DNA from: a virus
Taxonomy: Duplodnaviria; Caudoviricetes
Virus record (IMG/VR): IMGVR_UViG_3300028887_000079
Span: 1 to 64,000 of that record
Reading direction: 5' to 3' (one strand)
Length of the DNA stretch: 64,000 nucleotides
Part shown: positions 1 through 8,668 of the stretch, one piece after another
Numbering within the stretch: position 1 is the first letter of the stretch
Layout: each line of letters starts with the position of its first letter
Position numbers and translations under genes: made by a program
Notes under the pieces: model-generated
The model's input: only the letters and a program-made list of their open reading frames with translations
Database searches by the model: none
Told to the model about the DNA's origin: nothing

Positions 1-1229
1 ACGCGTGCGCCGCCAGCACCGAGGGTATCGTATGCGGCTTTCCAAGTAGGATACACGCCATCCTTGCTCACCGAACCATTTTCCGGATCCATAGAATACA
101 CGGTATATTCGGTAGATTCGAACTTACGCTTCGATTCATCACCCGCCGGGTCAAATCCGGAGTCTTTGATGATGCGCTTGCCCTGCTTGAGAACCATCGG
201 AATCGGGGAACCTGAACCCCAATCGAAATCAAAGTGGTCCCAAACTTCTTCGGCGGAGTCATAATCATCGCGATCATCCCCGTCTTCGTCAAGGAGGAAT
301 TGAACCGCCTGTTCCAGCGCATCCGCATCGTCCTTCGCGGTGAAGGTTTCTTTATGCTTGGAATTTCTTAGATCAGCGCGAGTAGTGGGGCGGCGTTCAG
401 CCGCGGGCGCATTGTCCCACCAAGTAAAGGTGTAAGTGCTTGCGCCTTCCGTCTTCGATTCATCATTGAACCAAGTTTCGATAGCATACTCCGCCATCTC
501 GGCGGGGCTGTAATCATTGTTTGCCCAATTGTCCTTGATGAATTGGAGCCAGTCTTCGGTATTCAAAATCAACGCGTAAGCCTTTTCCCAGCCGTAAGGG
601 CCCCACTGAGTTTCAAATTCCTCCTTGAATTGCGCAAGGTAGTCATCAAATTCGGAGCTTTCCTTCACGGCGGATTTGCCGAGAACCAGCATTGCGAACA
701 TCTTGGCAACGCCTTCAAGCCCGGTCACATTGGTCGGGCAGTCGATGCGGTTGTTCGGATGTTCAAAATACTTGTAGGCGATCTTGAAGTTGCCATCGCC
801 GAGCGGGCTGTAAACATAGAGAGTCAGGTAGGCGCCGTTGTCCGGCATATCCTTGTCGACCACTTCCACATACGGATAAACATCATCATAGGTGCGCACC
901 GCATAATCAAGGTCAACTGAATCTTCCAGCTCGTTTTTCAAATAGGTGGCGAGAAAGTCGCGGACCGCGTTGGCGGTGCCTATTTGGGTGTCCGTGGGAG
1001 AGGCAACCTTCGCCTCATCCGGATTGATGTCGGTATCAAGTTCGTCCGCAATCTCTTCCGGGGACTTGCCCGCCTTGAGTTGCGTGCGGATGTAGTCATC
1101 GTAATAGGACATCAGGTAATCGACCTTGTTATCGTCCATATTGCGGTCCAAGAAAATGTCCGCGATAATGTCCATCGAGCGTTCGATTTCGCTATCATTC
1201 TTTGCTTCAAATCTTTTCTTGAAATACAT
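1..1229 (-). CDS. Acidic orphan protein, partial (runs off the window start); candidate internal head/cargo polyprotein
   Basis: Not in the ORF track. Manual translation from ATG 1229 gives MYFKKRFEAKNDSEIERSMDIIADIFLDRN..., open to position 1. Preceded by ATGTATTTTT motif (~1259-1268). Confidence 0.8.
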   Translation of the reverse strand, partial: MYFKKRFEAKNDSEIERSMDIIADIFLDRNMDDNKVDYLMSYYDDYIRTQLKAGKSPEEIADELDTDINPDEAKVASPTDTQIGTANAVRDFLATYLKNELEDSVDLDYAVRTYDDVYPYVEVVDKDMPDNGAYLTLYVYSPLGDGNFKIAYKYFEHPNNRIDCPTNVTGLEGVAKMFAMLVLGKSAVKESSEFDDYLAQFKEEFETQWGPYGWEKAYALILNTEDWLQFIKDNWANNDYSPAEMAEYAIETWFNDESKTEGASTYTFTWWDNAPAAERRPTTRADLRNSKHKETFTAKDDADALEQAVQFLLDEDGDDRDDYDSAEEVWDHFDFDWGSGSPIPMVLKQGKRIIKDSGFDPAGDESKRKFESTEYTVYSMDPENGSVSKDGVYPTWKAAYDTLGAGGAR

Positions 1230-1316
1230 TGTGCAGGCCTTGGCAAATGGTTTCTCTAAAAATACATTCATTCGCCGCAAGAGCCCACTGTCACCTTAAA
1301 ATGGTATATTAGTCCC

Positions 1317-3146
1317 ATGGAATATGCAAAAGAAGATTTGAAGAAATTGTCCACCCGCGAACTCTACGCGGCGGCGGCCGCTGCCGAAGGATACTCATCC
1401 GTTCCGGTGGACATTGATACGTTTTTGGACGACCCTTACTATTTAGGCCAAACCTACGGCGGACACGTTTATCAGTATTGGCGTGATGCGCTCCACAAGA
1501 TTTATCCGAACCCTCTGTATTCCCCCTATATCGAAATTTGTATCACCGGCTGTATCGGTGCAGGTAAAACGTCCGCCGCCATCATGGGCGCCCTTTATGA
1601 TTTGTATCATGTAACGCTGCTGAAGGAACCGCAGCGCAAATACAAGCTTCTTTCCATTACGCGCATCATCTTCTCGCTTGTTACCGCTACCAAGGACCTA
1701 GCGTCCGCCGTTATGGCAAACCAAATGCTTGATGTTATTGCCGCGTCCCCTTATTTCTGTTCCAAGTTTATGCCGAAGAAGGGCGAAAAGCTGGACGAGG
1801 ACATGTTCCCGCATCATGTTGGCGTAGGCTTCGGATCACGCGGCGGACACAACTTAGGTAAGGCAGTTATCGGCGCCATCATTGATGAAGCGAACTTTCA
1901 GGAGGCGGTTGCCGACCAGGCGGTGAAGAACTATGAAACCATCACGCGCCGTATGAAGTCCCGTTTCATGCTCAAGAACGGATCCCTGCCGTGTAGGCGT
2001 TGGCTTGTATCTTCCCGTAACGGCGACTCGTCATTCCTTGAATCCCATATCGAAGCGGTGAAGGACAACCCCGATGTGCTTGTCTTGGCGCCTGCTATGT
2101 GGGATGTTCAGGCGGAAAAGGGAATCTACAGCGGCAAGACATTCCCCGTCTTTATCGGGACCAATACCGAACAGCCGATGATTTGCACCACCGAGAAGGA
2201 GGTGGACGACCACGCTGGCTACATTATTGATGTCCCCGTTGAATACCGAAGCGACTTCGAAGAAAACCTCCCCGGCGCCTTGATGGATATTGCCGGCGTG
2301 GCGAGCCGTTCATCGATGTCCCTTGTTTACAATGTGGAGAAGTGGATTAAGTGCCAGTCGCTTGATAATGCGGTCTCGAAGGACGAAATCACGCTTTCGC
2401 TCGATGGCGATGACGACCTGATGGACTATGTGAAGAAAGATTTGCCGCCGCTTAGTTACTATGTCCATCTTGACGGCGCCTTGAAAGGTGACCGCTTCGG
2501 CTTTGCAATGTCCGCCGTTGAAAAGCAAATGGCGGTGACCGGAAATGATTTCTTGACCGGCGCCAAAACTGTTCGCCTGATGCCTTCGCTCGTCACCCCG
2601 ATTTGTTTTGGTATCAAGGCAAGGCCCGGATCCGAAGTGCCGCTGTGGAAGGTGCGCAAGTTCCTGCTTGACTTGAGAAACAAAGGCGTGCGCATTATGC
2701 AGGTTTCAACCGATGGATTCCAATCCGCCGACATGCGCCAAATGCTTGCCAAGATGGGATTCGAGGTGAAGTATGTGTCCGTTGATACGACAAAGGAGCC
2801 CTACCTTCAATTCGCATCCGGCATCAACCACGGAACAATCAAGGTGCCGAAGAGCGACATCTTGGACTTTGAGGTGCGCAACCTTCAAAACCAAGAAAAG
2901 AAGATAGACCACCCGATGAAGGTGATGGTCAACGGCAAATATGTCAAGGGTAGCAAGGATATTGCGGACGCTGTCAGCGCCAGCCAACACGAGGCGCTTA
3001 TGGCGGCACAGACCCTTACTCAGGCGTCAATCACCTCCCAATACAATGACAACCCCTACATGACAATGAAGGACCGCCAAGACTATGTCCAAGATTTGAT
3101 CTTTGGGCAGATCTTAGGGAATCAGGCGCCCAAGAATATGTATTAG
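1317..3146 (+). CDS. terL: Terminase large subunit
   Basis: Walker A GCIGAGKT, Walker B AIIDE, RNase H-like nuclease acidic motifs (YVHLDGA, STDGFQS, KIDHP...SKDIADA); 609 aa. Confidence 0.9.
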   Translation: MEYAKEDLKKLSTRELYAAAAAAEGYSSVPVDIDTFLDDPYYLGQTYGGHVYQYWRDALHKIYPNPLYSPYIEICITGCIGAGKTSAAIMGALYDLYHVTLLKEPQRKYKLLSITRIIFSLVTATKDLASAVMANQMLDVIAASPYFCSKFMPKKGEKLDEDMFPHHVGVGFGSRGGHNLGKAVIGAIIDEANFQEAVADQAVKNYETITRRMKSRFMLKNGSLPCRRWLVSSRNGDSSFLESHIEAVKDNPDVLVLAPAMWDVQAEKGIYSGKTFPVFIGTNTEQPMICTTEKEVDDHAGYIIDVPVEYRSDFEENLPGALMDIAGVASRSSMSLVYNVEKWIKCQSLDNAVSKDEITLSLDGDDDLMDYVKKDLPPLSYYVHLDGALKGDRFGFAMSAVEKQMAVTGNDFLTGAKTVRLMPSLVTPICFGIKARPGSEVPLWKVRKFLLDLRNKGVRIMQVSTDGFQSADMRQMLAKMGFEVKYVSVDTTKEPYLQFASGINHGTIKVPKSDILDFEVRNLQNQEKKIDHPMKVMVNGKYVKGSKDIADAVSASQHEALMAAQTLTQASITSQYNDNPYMTMKDRQDYVQDLIFGQILGNQAPKNMY

Positions 3147-3147
3147 T

Positions 3148-3237
3148 GCGCCGGAAACGCGCCTCTAAGCGCTTCAAATAAAAAAGGCGGGCATTTGCCC
3201 GCCTTCGGAGTTTATGGCTGTAAAATCGCTGTTTATG
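3148..3237. repeat. Dispersed ~90-bp repeat containing a bidirectional terminator (copy 1)
   Basis: Hairpin AAGGCGGGC-ATTT-GCCCGCCTT between convergent genes; reverse complement aligns closely with 53438-53526. Confidence 0.75.
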
Positions 3238-3240
3238 AGC

Positions 3241-3672
3241 TCATTTATCCGCTCCTTTTTCGGCTCCTTTTTCCGCTCCCTTTTTATAGGCGGCGGCAAT
3301 CTTTTTGATGAGGGCGGCGGTCAGGTCCTTACGACTCGTAATGTCAAAGCGTTCGTCACCCGCAAAGATCGAGCCTTCAAATTCCGGATAGCGCTCCGGA
3401 TTCGTTCCGCAGTCAATGTCGAACTGAATCGTATCACGGACGCCGGAATGAATTGTGTATTTGTAGCCGCTCGTGCCTGCTGCGCCGTTAATCAATTTCG
3501 GATCGGCGAAGGAACCGATTTCATCGTGCAGGTCTTCCAGCCACGTCTTGAAAAGGGTGAGGCGGTAGATCAGGTTTTGGAAGTCGAACCTTTTGGAATC
3601 TTCTTCCGCGTCCGCGAAGTCAAACGAATTGGCTTCATTCTTCTTGGCTTCATACTGCTTCTTGATATACAT
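3241..3672 (-). CDS. Orphan protein with leader MYIKKQYEAKKNEA (putative internal head protein)
   Basis: Start moved to ATG 3672 behind AAAGGAG RBS; C-terminal KGAEKGAEKGADK repeat. Confidence 0.7.
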   Translation of the reverse strand: MYIKKQYEAKKNEANSFDFADAEEDSKRFDFQNLIYRLTLFKTWLEDLHDEIGSFADPKLINGAAGTSGYKYTIHSGVRDTIQFDIDCGTNPERYPEFEGSIFAGDERFDITSRKDLTAALIKKIAAAYKKGAEKGAEKGADK

Positions 3673-3683
3673 TGGCTGCTCCT

Positions 3684-4019
3684 TTACCACGCTTCCGGAT
3701 CGGGGAGGTAGTCGCTGAGGATGCAATCGCGGTCGGATTTTGATTGGAAAGCAAACAAGGTGTCGCTGCCGCCAATCGCAATCAAATACGGATAGTCAAG
3801 ATCCATAATGCTAGAGACAGAGGAGAAACACGTTGCATCGCCATCCCATCCGGATTCTTCGCCGCCGTTCTGCGCGTTTTTGTATTGGGCGTGGATGTCC
3901 CAAACGAGATCGGTCAACCCCGCTTCATTGGTGAAGCCGGGGACGTAGACAAGGTCCTTCTCTACGGTCGGCAGCTTGGTGAGCTTTTCTTGAGTCTTCT
4001 TGATAAGTTTGATTCCCAT
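3684..4019 (-). CDS. Orphan protein with leader MGIKLIKKTQE
   Basis: ORF track; GAGG RBS; tightly packed operon. Confidence 0.7.
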   Translation of the reverse strand: MGIKLIKKTQEKLTKLPTVEKDLVYVPGFTNEAGLTDLVWDIHAQYKNAQNGGEESGWDGDATCFSSVSSIMDLDYPYLIAIGGSDTLFAFQSKSDRDCILSDYLPDPEAW

Positions 4020-4028
4020 TTTTATACC

Positions 4029-4844
4029 TCAGTATTCCGGTTCAGGTTCAGGGTTTTCGATAGCGTCAATCACGATATCCTTCATGTTATCCAAGGAGTA
4101 TTCCTTTGCGAACAAATCTTGGGCAAACTGTGCCATTTCATCGCGCGTCTTGAATACCCTGCCATTCTTGACGGCTGCTCTCAACTCTTTAAGGGTCTTT
4201 GTGTATTGGAGCATGTAGTCATCAAAATACGCCATCAAAATACCATCCGCAGTATCGTAATCGAATTCCGGATATTCCGTGTCTTCTTCCGGATAAAGAA
4301 TTTCGATCGCGCTATTGCGCAGGTTCGGGTATATCGTGTATTTGGGGTTGTCCGCACAATAATATGTTCCGAGTTTCGGAGACACCTTGAACATGTCGGT
4401 ATACGTCATTTGCGACAAGGGCTTACGGATCTGTGCGCTCAAATCACTGAATGCCAACGAACCGCCGGGGAAATGTGTCAGGGTTTTTGAGGTATCCACC
4501 GGGAAGTCCGATTCTTTAGAAGGGGTCATCGTCAGGTGGGGACTTGCATACAAGCCAAACTCTCCGGCGCCGGTATATGTTTGAGTGCATTCGCAATCAT
4601 ACACAAATGCGGCGTTGTCATCGAATGCGATGCGAACCTTGAATTTGATGTCAATCATTTGGTCGTCCCGGTCCACATTTGGCTGCTCGTCATAAATTTC
4701 AACAGAGCAACCTTCCGGGATGACATATTCAATTGAATGGAGGATTTTCTCGGCGAGGCCGGTGCTTTCAAGCGTAAGGTCGCCCCAAGTATCCCGTGGA
4801 GGGACATCTTCATTTTTCTTTGAAAAAAGATGAATCTTTGCCAT
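4029..4844 (-). CDS. Acidic orphan protein with leader MAKIHLFSKKNED
   Basis: ORF track; start moved to ATG 4844 just after the upstream stop. Confidence 0.7.
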   Translation of the reverse strand: MAKIHLFSKKNEDVPPRDTWGDLTLESTGLAEKILHSIEYVIPEGCSVEIYDEQPNVDRDDQMIDIKFKVRIAFDDNAAFVYDCECTQTYTGAGEFGLYASPHLTMTPSKESDFPVDTSKTLTHFPGGSLAFSDLSAQIRKPLSQMTYTDMFKVSPKLGTYYCADNPKYTIYPNLRNSAIEILYPEEDTEYPEFDYDTADGILMAYFDDYMLQYTKTLKELRAAVKNGRVFKTRDEMAQFAQDLFAKEYSLDNMKDIVIDAIENPEPEPEY

Positions 4845-4845
4845 T

Positions 4846-5151
4846 TTATCCCTCAAAGAATTTATTGACGATTTCAGCAGCCTTCTCGGAGGTCACGTTC
4901 GGGATATTGATGGTATATTCATCGCCGCTGTGATACAGCTGGATGGGCGCCAAGGCGGAAAGGACCGTGGCGAACAGCACGGCGTCTTCATCCTCGGCAT
5001 CACCGCCAAAACGGAAGGCAAGTGTTTTGACGTTGTCGCGGTAGGTGACCGTTGTGCCGTATTGGTCGCGGCAAAAGATGCCCTTCGGGATTGCCTTTGT
5101 GGCATACGGGTCGCCCTTGCACATTTGGTCAAACAAGTCTTCAATTTTCAT
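4846..5151 (-). CDS. Hypothetical protein
   Basis: 101-aa ORF in operon with the head-completion gene. Confidence 0.65.
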   Translation of the reverse strand: MKIEDLFDQMCKGDPYATKAIPKGIFCRDQYGTTVTYRDNVKTLAFRFGGDAEDEDAVLFATVLSALAPIQLYHSGDEYTINIPNVTSEKAAEIVNKFFEG

Positions 5152-5160
5152 AATCGCCCC

Positions 5161-5754
5161 TTACCAAAGAACTTTGCCCGGCAGGACAAACACTGTGTTG
5201 CTGACGCCTTTATAAGGCTCGTTGCGCAAGTCCGTGATGTTCTTGGGGTCCTCGTCTCGGTTGATCATAATAAAGTTTTCCCATTCCTTGCGGTCCGCTT
5301 CGCCTTCATTGAAGATTGCTTCGCCGTCCAGCTGGAAGGGCTGATTTTGATAGCTGCTGAACTTCAACTTTTGTCCGATCGTCTTTTTGCAATAGGCAAC
5401 AAACAAGCATTCAAGTTCATGTGGCAGGCCCGCCAAATAGGCATTGTCCGCCGTCAAGGCGATCGTTACCGTAATTGTTCCGGTCCCGTTGAAAACGCGC
5501 GTTTCGGTGTCCACCAAAGAGGACAGCTTCACGGTTTTGCCTTGATACTTAACCTTTTGATTCATATCGATTTCCGGGAGGTATTCGCCGGACTCGATGC
5601 TGTAGCGATAGGTATTTGTCCGAGGGAACAGCCTATACTTCCGATACCAGTGGACCGCTTTGCGATACATGCGGACCATAGCCTCGTCAGTAATGAGCTC
5701 CTCGGTTTCGAGCCCCATCTCATCATCTAAAACTTGTCGGAGTGTAACAGCCAT
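5161..5754 (-). CDS. Putative neck/head-completion protein
   Basis: Start MAVTLRQ. C-terminal KKTIGQKLKFSSY...QLDGEAIFNEGEADRKEW resembles the myovirus neck protein (gp13-like) LxGxxIxxEG pattern. Confidence 0.5.
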   Translation of the reverse strand: MAVTLRQVLDDEMGLETEELITDEAMVRMYRKAVHWYRKYRLFPRTNTYRYSIESGEYLPEIDMNQKVKYQGKTVKLSSLVDTETRVFNGTGTITVTIALTADNAYLAGLPHELECLFVAYCKKTIGQKLKFSSYQNQPFQLDGEAIFNEGEADRKEWENFIMINRDEDPKNITDLRNEPYKGVSNTVFVLPGKVLW

Positions 5755-5792
5755 ACCTGAAATATAATAAAAATCGGATGGCAGGCACACCG

Positions 5793-5892
5793 GCGCGTAT
5801 AACGCGTTTTAAGGCTCGAAAATAAAGAAGGCGCCCAAATGCATAGGCGCCTAATTTGAAAGGCGTAGGCGTCGTTTTAGGCGCCTTTATGA
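5793..5892. repeat. Terminator-centred repeat (divergent copy)
   Basis: TAACGCGTTTTAAGGCTCGAAAATAAAG-AAGGCGCC..GGCGCCT hairpin; same layout as the other copies. Confidence 0.5.
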
Positions 5893-6834
5893 TTAAGCCG
5901 CGATGCTTTCGACCCACTTGATGATATTGTTCATCGGGGTGGCGATGCTGCGTTCGAAACGCTTTTCCGCCATACGGGCACTCTTCTTTTGGTTGGTGCC
6001 GGAGTAGTGGGTGGCGAAGTCCGCGTAGGCGTTGATCAAGCCCCAAGCGCTGTTGCGGAAGTTGCCGTTGTCGTCCGCGTTGAAGCAGTTGCGGAGGTCG
6101 GCACGCTTCACTTCGAGGCGGCGGAGTTCGTTTTCCTTCAGTTCGCCCTTGATCGGGAAGAGGAAGTCCGCGAAGGCGTCCACGGCGTCCGCACCAACGC
6201 GGAGCGTAGCGAACTTTTCGGCGAGCTTGCTGAACTCGGCCATATAGGCGGCTGCGGTGGACATCGTTGCCTTAGCCTGTTCCAGCTTTTCGGCGGCGGT
6301 GCGGCTGTGGCGGATGCTCACAGCGTTTTCGGCGCTGCGGAAAGCAACGTTGAACTGGTTTTGGCACACAATGCGCAGCGGGTAAATGGCAGCCTTGCAA
6401 ATGTATTTCTTGTTGAACGAGTTTTGGAAGATGAGGTGCGGGGTGATCTCATCGCCAAGGACCTTGATGGACGGCAGGGCCGCAATGAGGTAGTTCAGGC
6501 CGGTTTCGGTTTCGCCGCCACGGAGGAACGTCAAGTCGTCCGTGATATACTGGGCGAAGTCGAAGGCTTCACGGTTCTGAATGATGTGGTAAGCATCGCT
6601 GACCACGCCGTGAATCTTATTGTCCGTGCCGACAACCGCGTTGGTGTTCGGGATGCGGGCGAGGATGCCATCCGGCATCGTGGTCATTGCGGGGGACATC
6701 GAGGCGGTGAAGTCAAGGCCGCATTCGGCGAGGGCTTCATCGAACTTAGAGGTGTTGATGCCTGCTCCGATGGAATCCCAAGTGGCTTCGCGAGCGGAGA
6801 GGGTGGTGACGAGTGCGGTGGTGTTGTTCTTCAT
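5893..6834 (-). CDS. DUF932 / phage-plasmid TIGR03299-like protein
   Basis: Motifs GVVSDAYHIIQNREAFDF, PLRIVCQNQ, SIRHS, SAWGLINAYADFATH; start MKNNTT behind AAGGAAAGAA RBS. Confidence 0.75.
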   Translation of the reverse strand: MKNNTTALVTTLSAREATWDSIGAGINTSKFDEALAECGLDFTASMSPAMTTMPDGILARIPNTNAVVGTDNKIHGVVSDAYHIIQNREAFDFAQYITDDLTFLRGGETETGLNYLIAALPSIKVLGDEITPHLIFQNSFNKKYICKAAIYPLRIVCQNQFNVAFRSAENAVSIRHSRTAAEKLEQAKATMSTAAAYMAEFSKLAEKFATLRVGADAVDAFADFLFPIKGELKENELRRLEVKRADLRNCFNADDNGNFRNSAWGLINAYADFATHYSGTNQKKSARMAEKRFERSIATPMNNIIKWVESIAA

Positions 6835-6975
6835 AATCTTCTTTCCTTTTTTGGCGAGGCAACATCGCCTCATCCTTATGACAATAATATAGAATCGTTT
6901 ACTGAAAAAGACACCCCGTTTTGAGAAAAATTCTCACTTTTTTTGAAAATTGGCGATTTTAGCGAAATTTCGCAG
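6835..6975 (-). promoter_or_regulatory. Conserved early-type promoter, copy 1
   Basis: GGGGTGTCTTTTTCA-N11-TATATTAT (6917-6884 on - strand), upstream A-tract, palindrome GCGAAATTTCGC at 6962-6973, leader hairpin, AAGGAAAGAA RBS. Confidence 0.8.
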
Positions 6976-6984
6976 GTTTTTATA

Positions 6985-7935
6985 TTAGCGGGCGTAGATT
7001 TTACAGCCGTTTTCGTCCGGATTGCTGGCGCACCATTCAAAAATTTCGGCTTTTTCACGGCTGGAAATAACTAGATCCGCCGTCTCCGGGCGGTTCAGCC
7101 AGTCCCGTGCCACATTTAGATATATGGTCGATACTGCGGGGAACAATTCTTTCAATGCCCGGGGCGCCTGCTTATACTCATGAAAATTCAGTTTGGAGAT
7201 TGTATACGATATGTGGTAGTCCGTGTCCGGAAAAACTGCGTGACACCTTTCATAACTGCGAACAAGGTTAGTCCAGCGCGATCCGCTGCGAATGCGCTCA
7301 TACAACTCCGGCTGAATGGAGTCCACCGAGAATGTGATTAGTTTCACAGCGCTGCGCGTCCTGGCGGATATGCGGCGGATATTATAGTTCGTCCAAAACT
7401 GCATATTCGTTAGAATGTGAATAGGCGCAATGCCGTAGGCAGGCAAATCAAATTCTAGCATCCGCCGATAGTTTTCCGAATAAAATATATCGCCGGATCC
7501 GCCCACCTGATAATATGGCGGTGGCGCATTCAATTTTGAATTGCGTTCGATCGCCGCTGCGCCCAATTCCCCTAGCGCAATCAAGTATGCTTCCATCTCC
7601 GAATCGGACAGCACCGGTTCATTTCGATTGTCTTCATAATGATTAAAGCAGGTGACGCACCGCAGCGGGCATTTTCGCCAAGTGCCGGCGACAATCTCAT
7701 AAATGGGAATCCGCCCCGCCTCAAATGACGGGCACATACTTGGGTTGCATATTGACGCCAGCCCTGCTTCGAAGACTCCCGCATCGAAATGATTGTTGGA
7801 ATAGAATCGGCGCTCTTGAAAGAAAAAGGATCGCGCGACCGGGGAATGGCAACACGGAAGAATGAGGTCTACCGGGATCTTCCCGTAAACATGCGTTCGC
7901 AAACGCTCATAGCGATCGTGGTGCTTGCAATCCAT
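6985..7935 (-). CDS. Radical SAM protein
   Basis: CxxxCxxC (CPLRCVTC), GGSGD, ILTN, FSVDS...YERIRSG motifs; extra N-terminal cysteines. Confidence 0.8.
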   Translation of the reverse strand: MDCKHHDRYERLRTHVYGKIPVDLILPCCHSPVARSFFFQERRFYSNNHFDAGVFEAGLASICNPSMCPSFEAGRIPIYEIVAGTWRKCPLRCVTCFNHYEDNRNEPVLSDSEMEAYLIALGELGAAAIERNSKLNAPPPYYQVGGSGDIFYSENYRRMLEFDLPAYGIAPIHILTNMQFWTNYNIRRISARTRSAVKLITFSVDSIQPELYERIRSGSRWTNLVRSYERCHAVFPDTDYHISYTISKLNFHEYKQAPRALKELFPAVSTIYLNVARDWLNRPETADLVISSREKAEIFEWCASNPDENGCKIYAR

Positions 7936-8668
7936 CGTATACCTTGATGACCTTTCCGGTCTTGTCTTTTTCGAGATGCGCGTAAAGATCGTTATTCCGC
8001 ATTGGATAACCTTTTGAGCGCATAAGGTTTATACGCGTTTGCAATGAAATTCCGTAGCCCTTGCGTGCGATTGTATCGCCAAGGGGTCCGCCGCCCAACT
8101 TGATCGCGTTGGTGAAGCAGGTTTTGAATCCGAGATTTTCCAGCTGGATTCCTAAATACTTGTCCTCTTCACCCCAATAGCCATTGAATGCGGGATGAAA
8201 CAACGCGCCATTATTTTCGGCGCATACCGCTTCTATCGCACGATCCGTTAAAACAAATCCGCACGAGAAGAATTCACTTACAAGGCAGCCCGCATCGACC
8301 GGCCCATCAAGTAGGGGGGACTTTGCAATAGATCGCGGATCCGTCTTGCAGGTAAGAAGCAAGGCATCCGCATCGTATTTCTTAAGGGTGTCCGTAATTA
8401 TCGCTTCCGAATAATGGTCCGGCGTGCGGTCTCCGTCAAGGAAAAGAACGTGCCCGGATTTTCCGAATTGGGCGTATGATGCAGCAAGGCCGTGGTTTCG
8501 ATTGGCGCCGGCATAAAAACCGGGCGCATGCACTCCCAACGCCGTAGTATACACGCCAGGTATTTCAATAGGCGCCTCCGCATCAAAGGACACTGTAATG
8601 CGGTCTTTTGTTGGAAATGCCGCCAACGACATTGGCGGCTGATCCTTGTTGATAATTACGATATTCAT
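7907..8668 (-). CDS. GT-A fold glycosyltransferase (GT2/GT7C-like)
   Basis: AGANRNHG, LFLDGD (DxD), FNGYWGEED motifs. Confidence 0.8.
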   Translation of the reverse strand: MNIVIINKDQPPMSLAAFPTKDRITVSFDAEAPIEIPGVYTTALGVHAPGFYAGANRNHGLAASYAQFGKSGHVLFLDGDRTPDHYSEAIITDTLKKYDADALLLTCKTDPRSIAKSPLLDGPVDAGCLVSEFFSCGFVLTDRAIEAVCAENNGALFHPAFNGYWGEEDKYLGIQLENLGFKTCFTNAIKLGGGPLGDTIARKGYGISLQTRINLMRSKGYPMRNNDLYAHLEKDKTGKVIKVYDGLQAPRSL

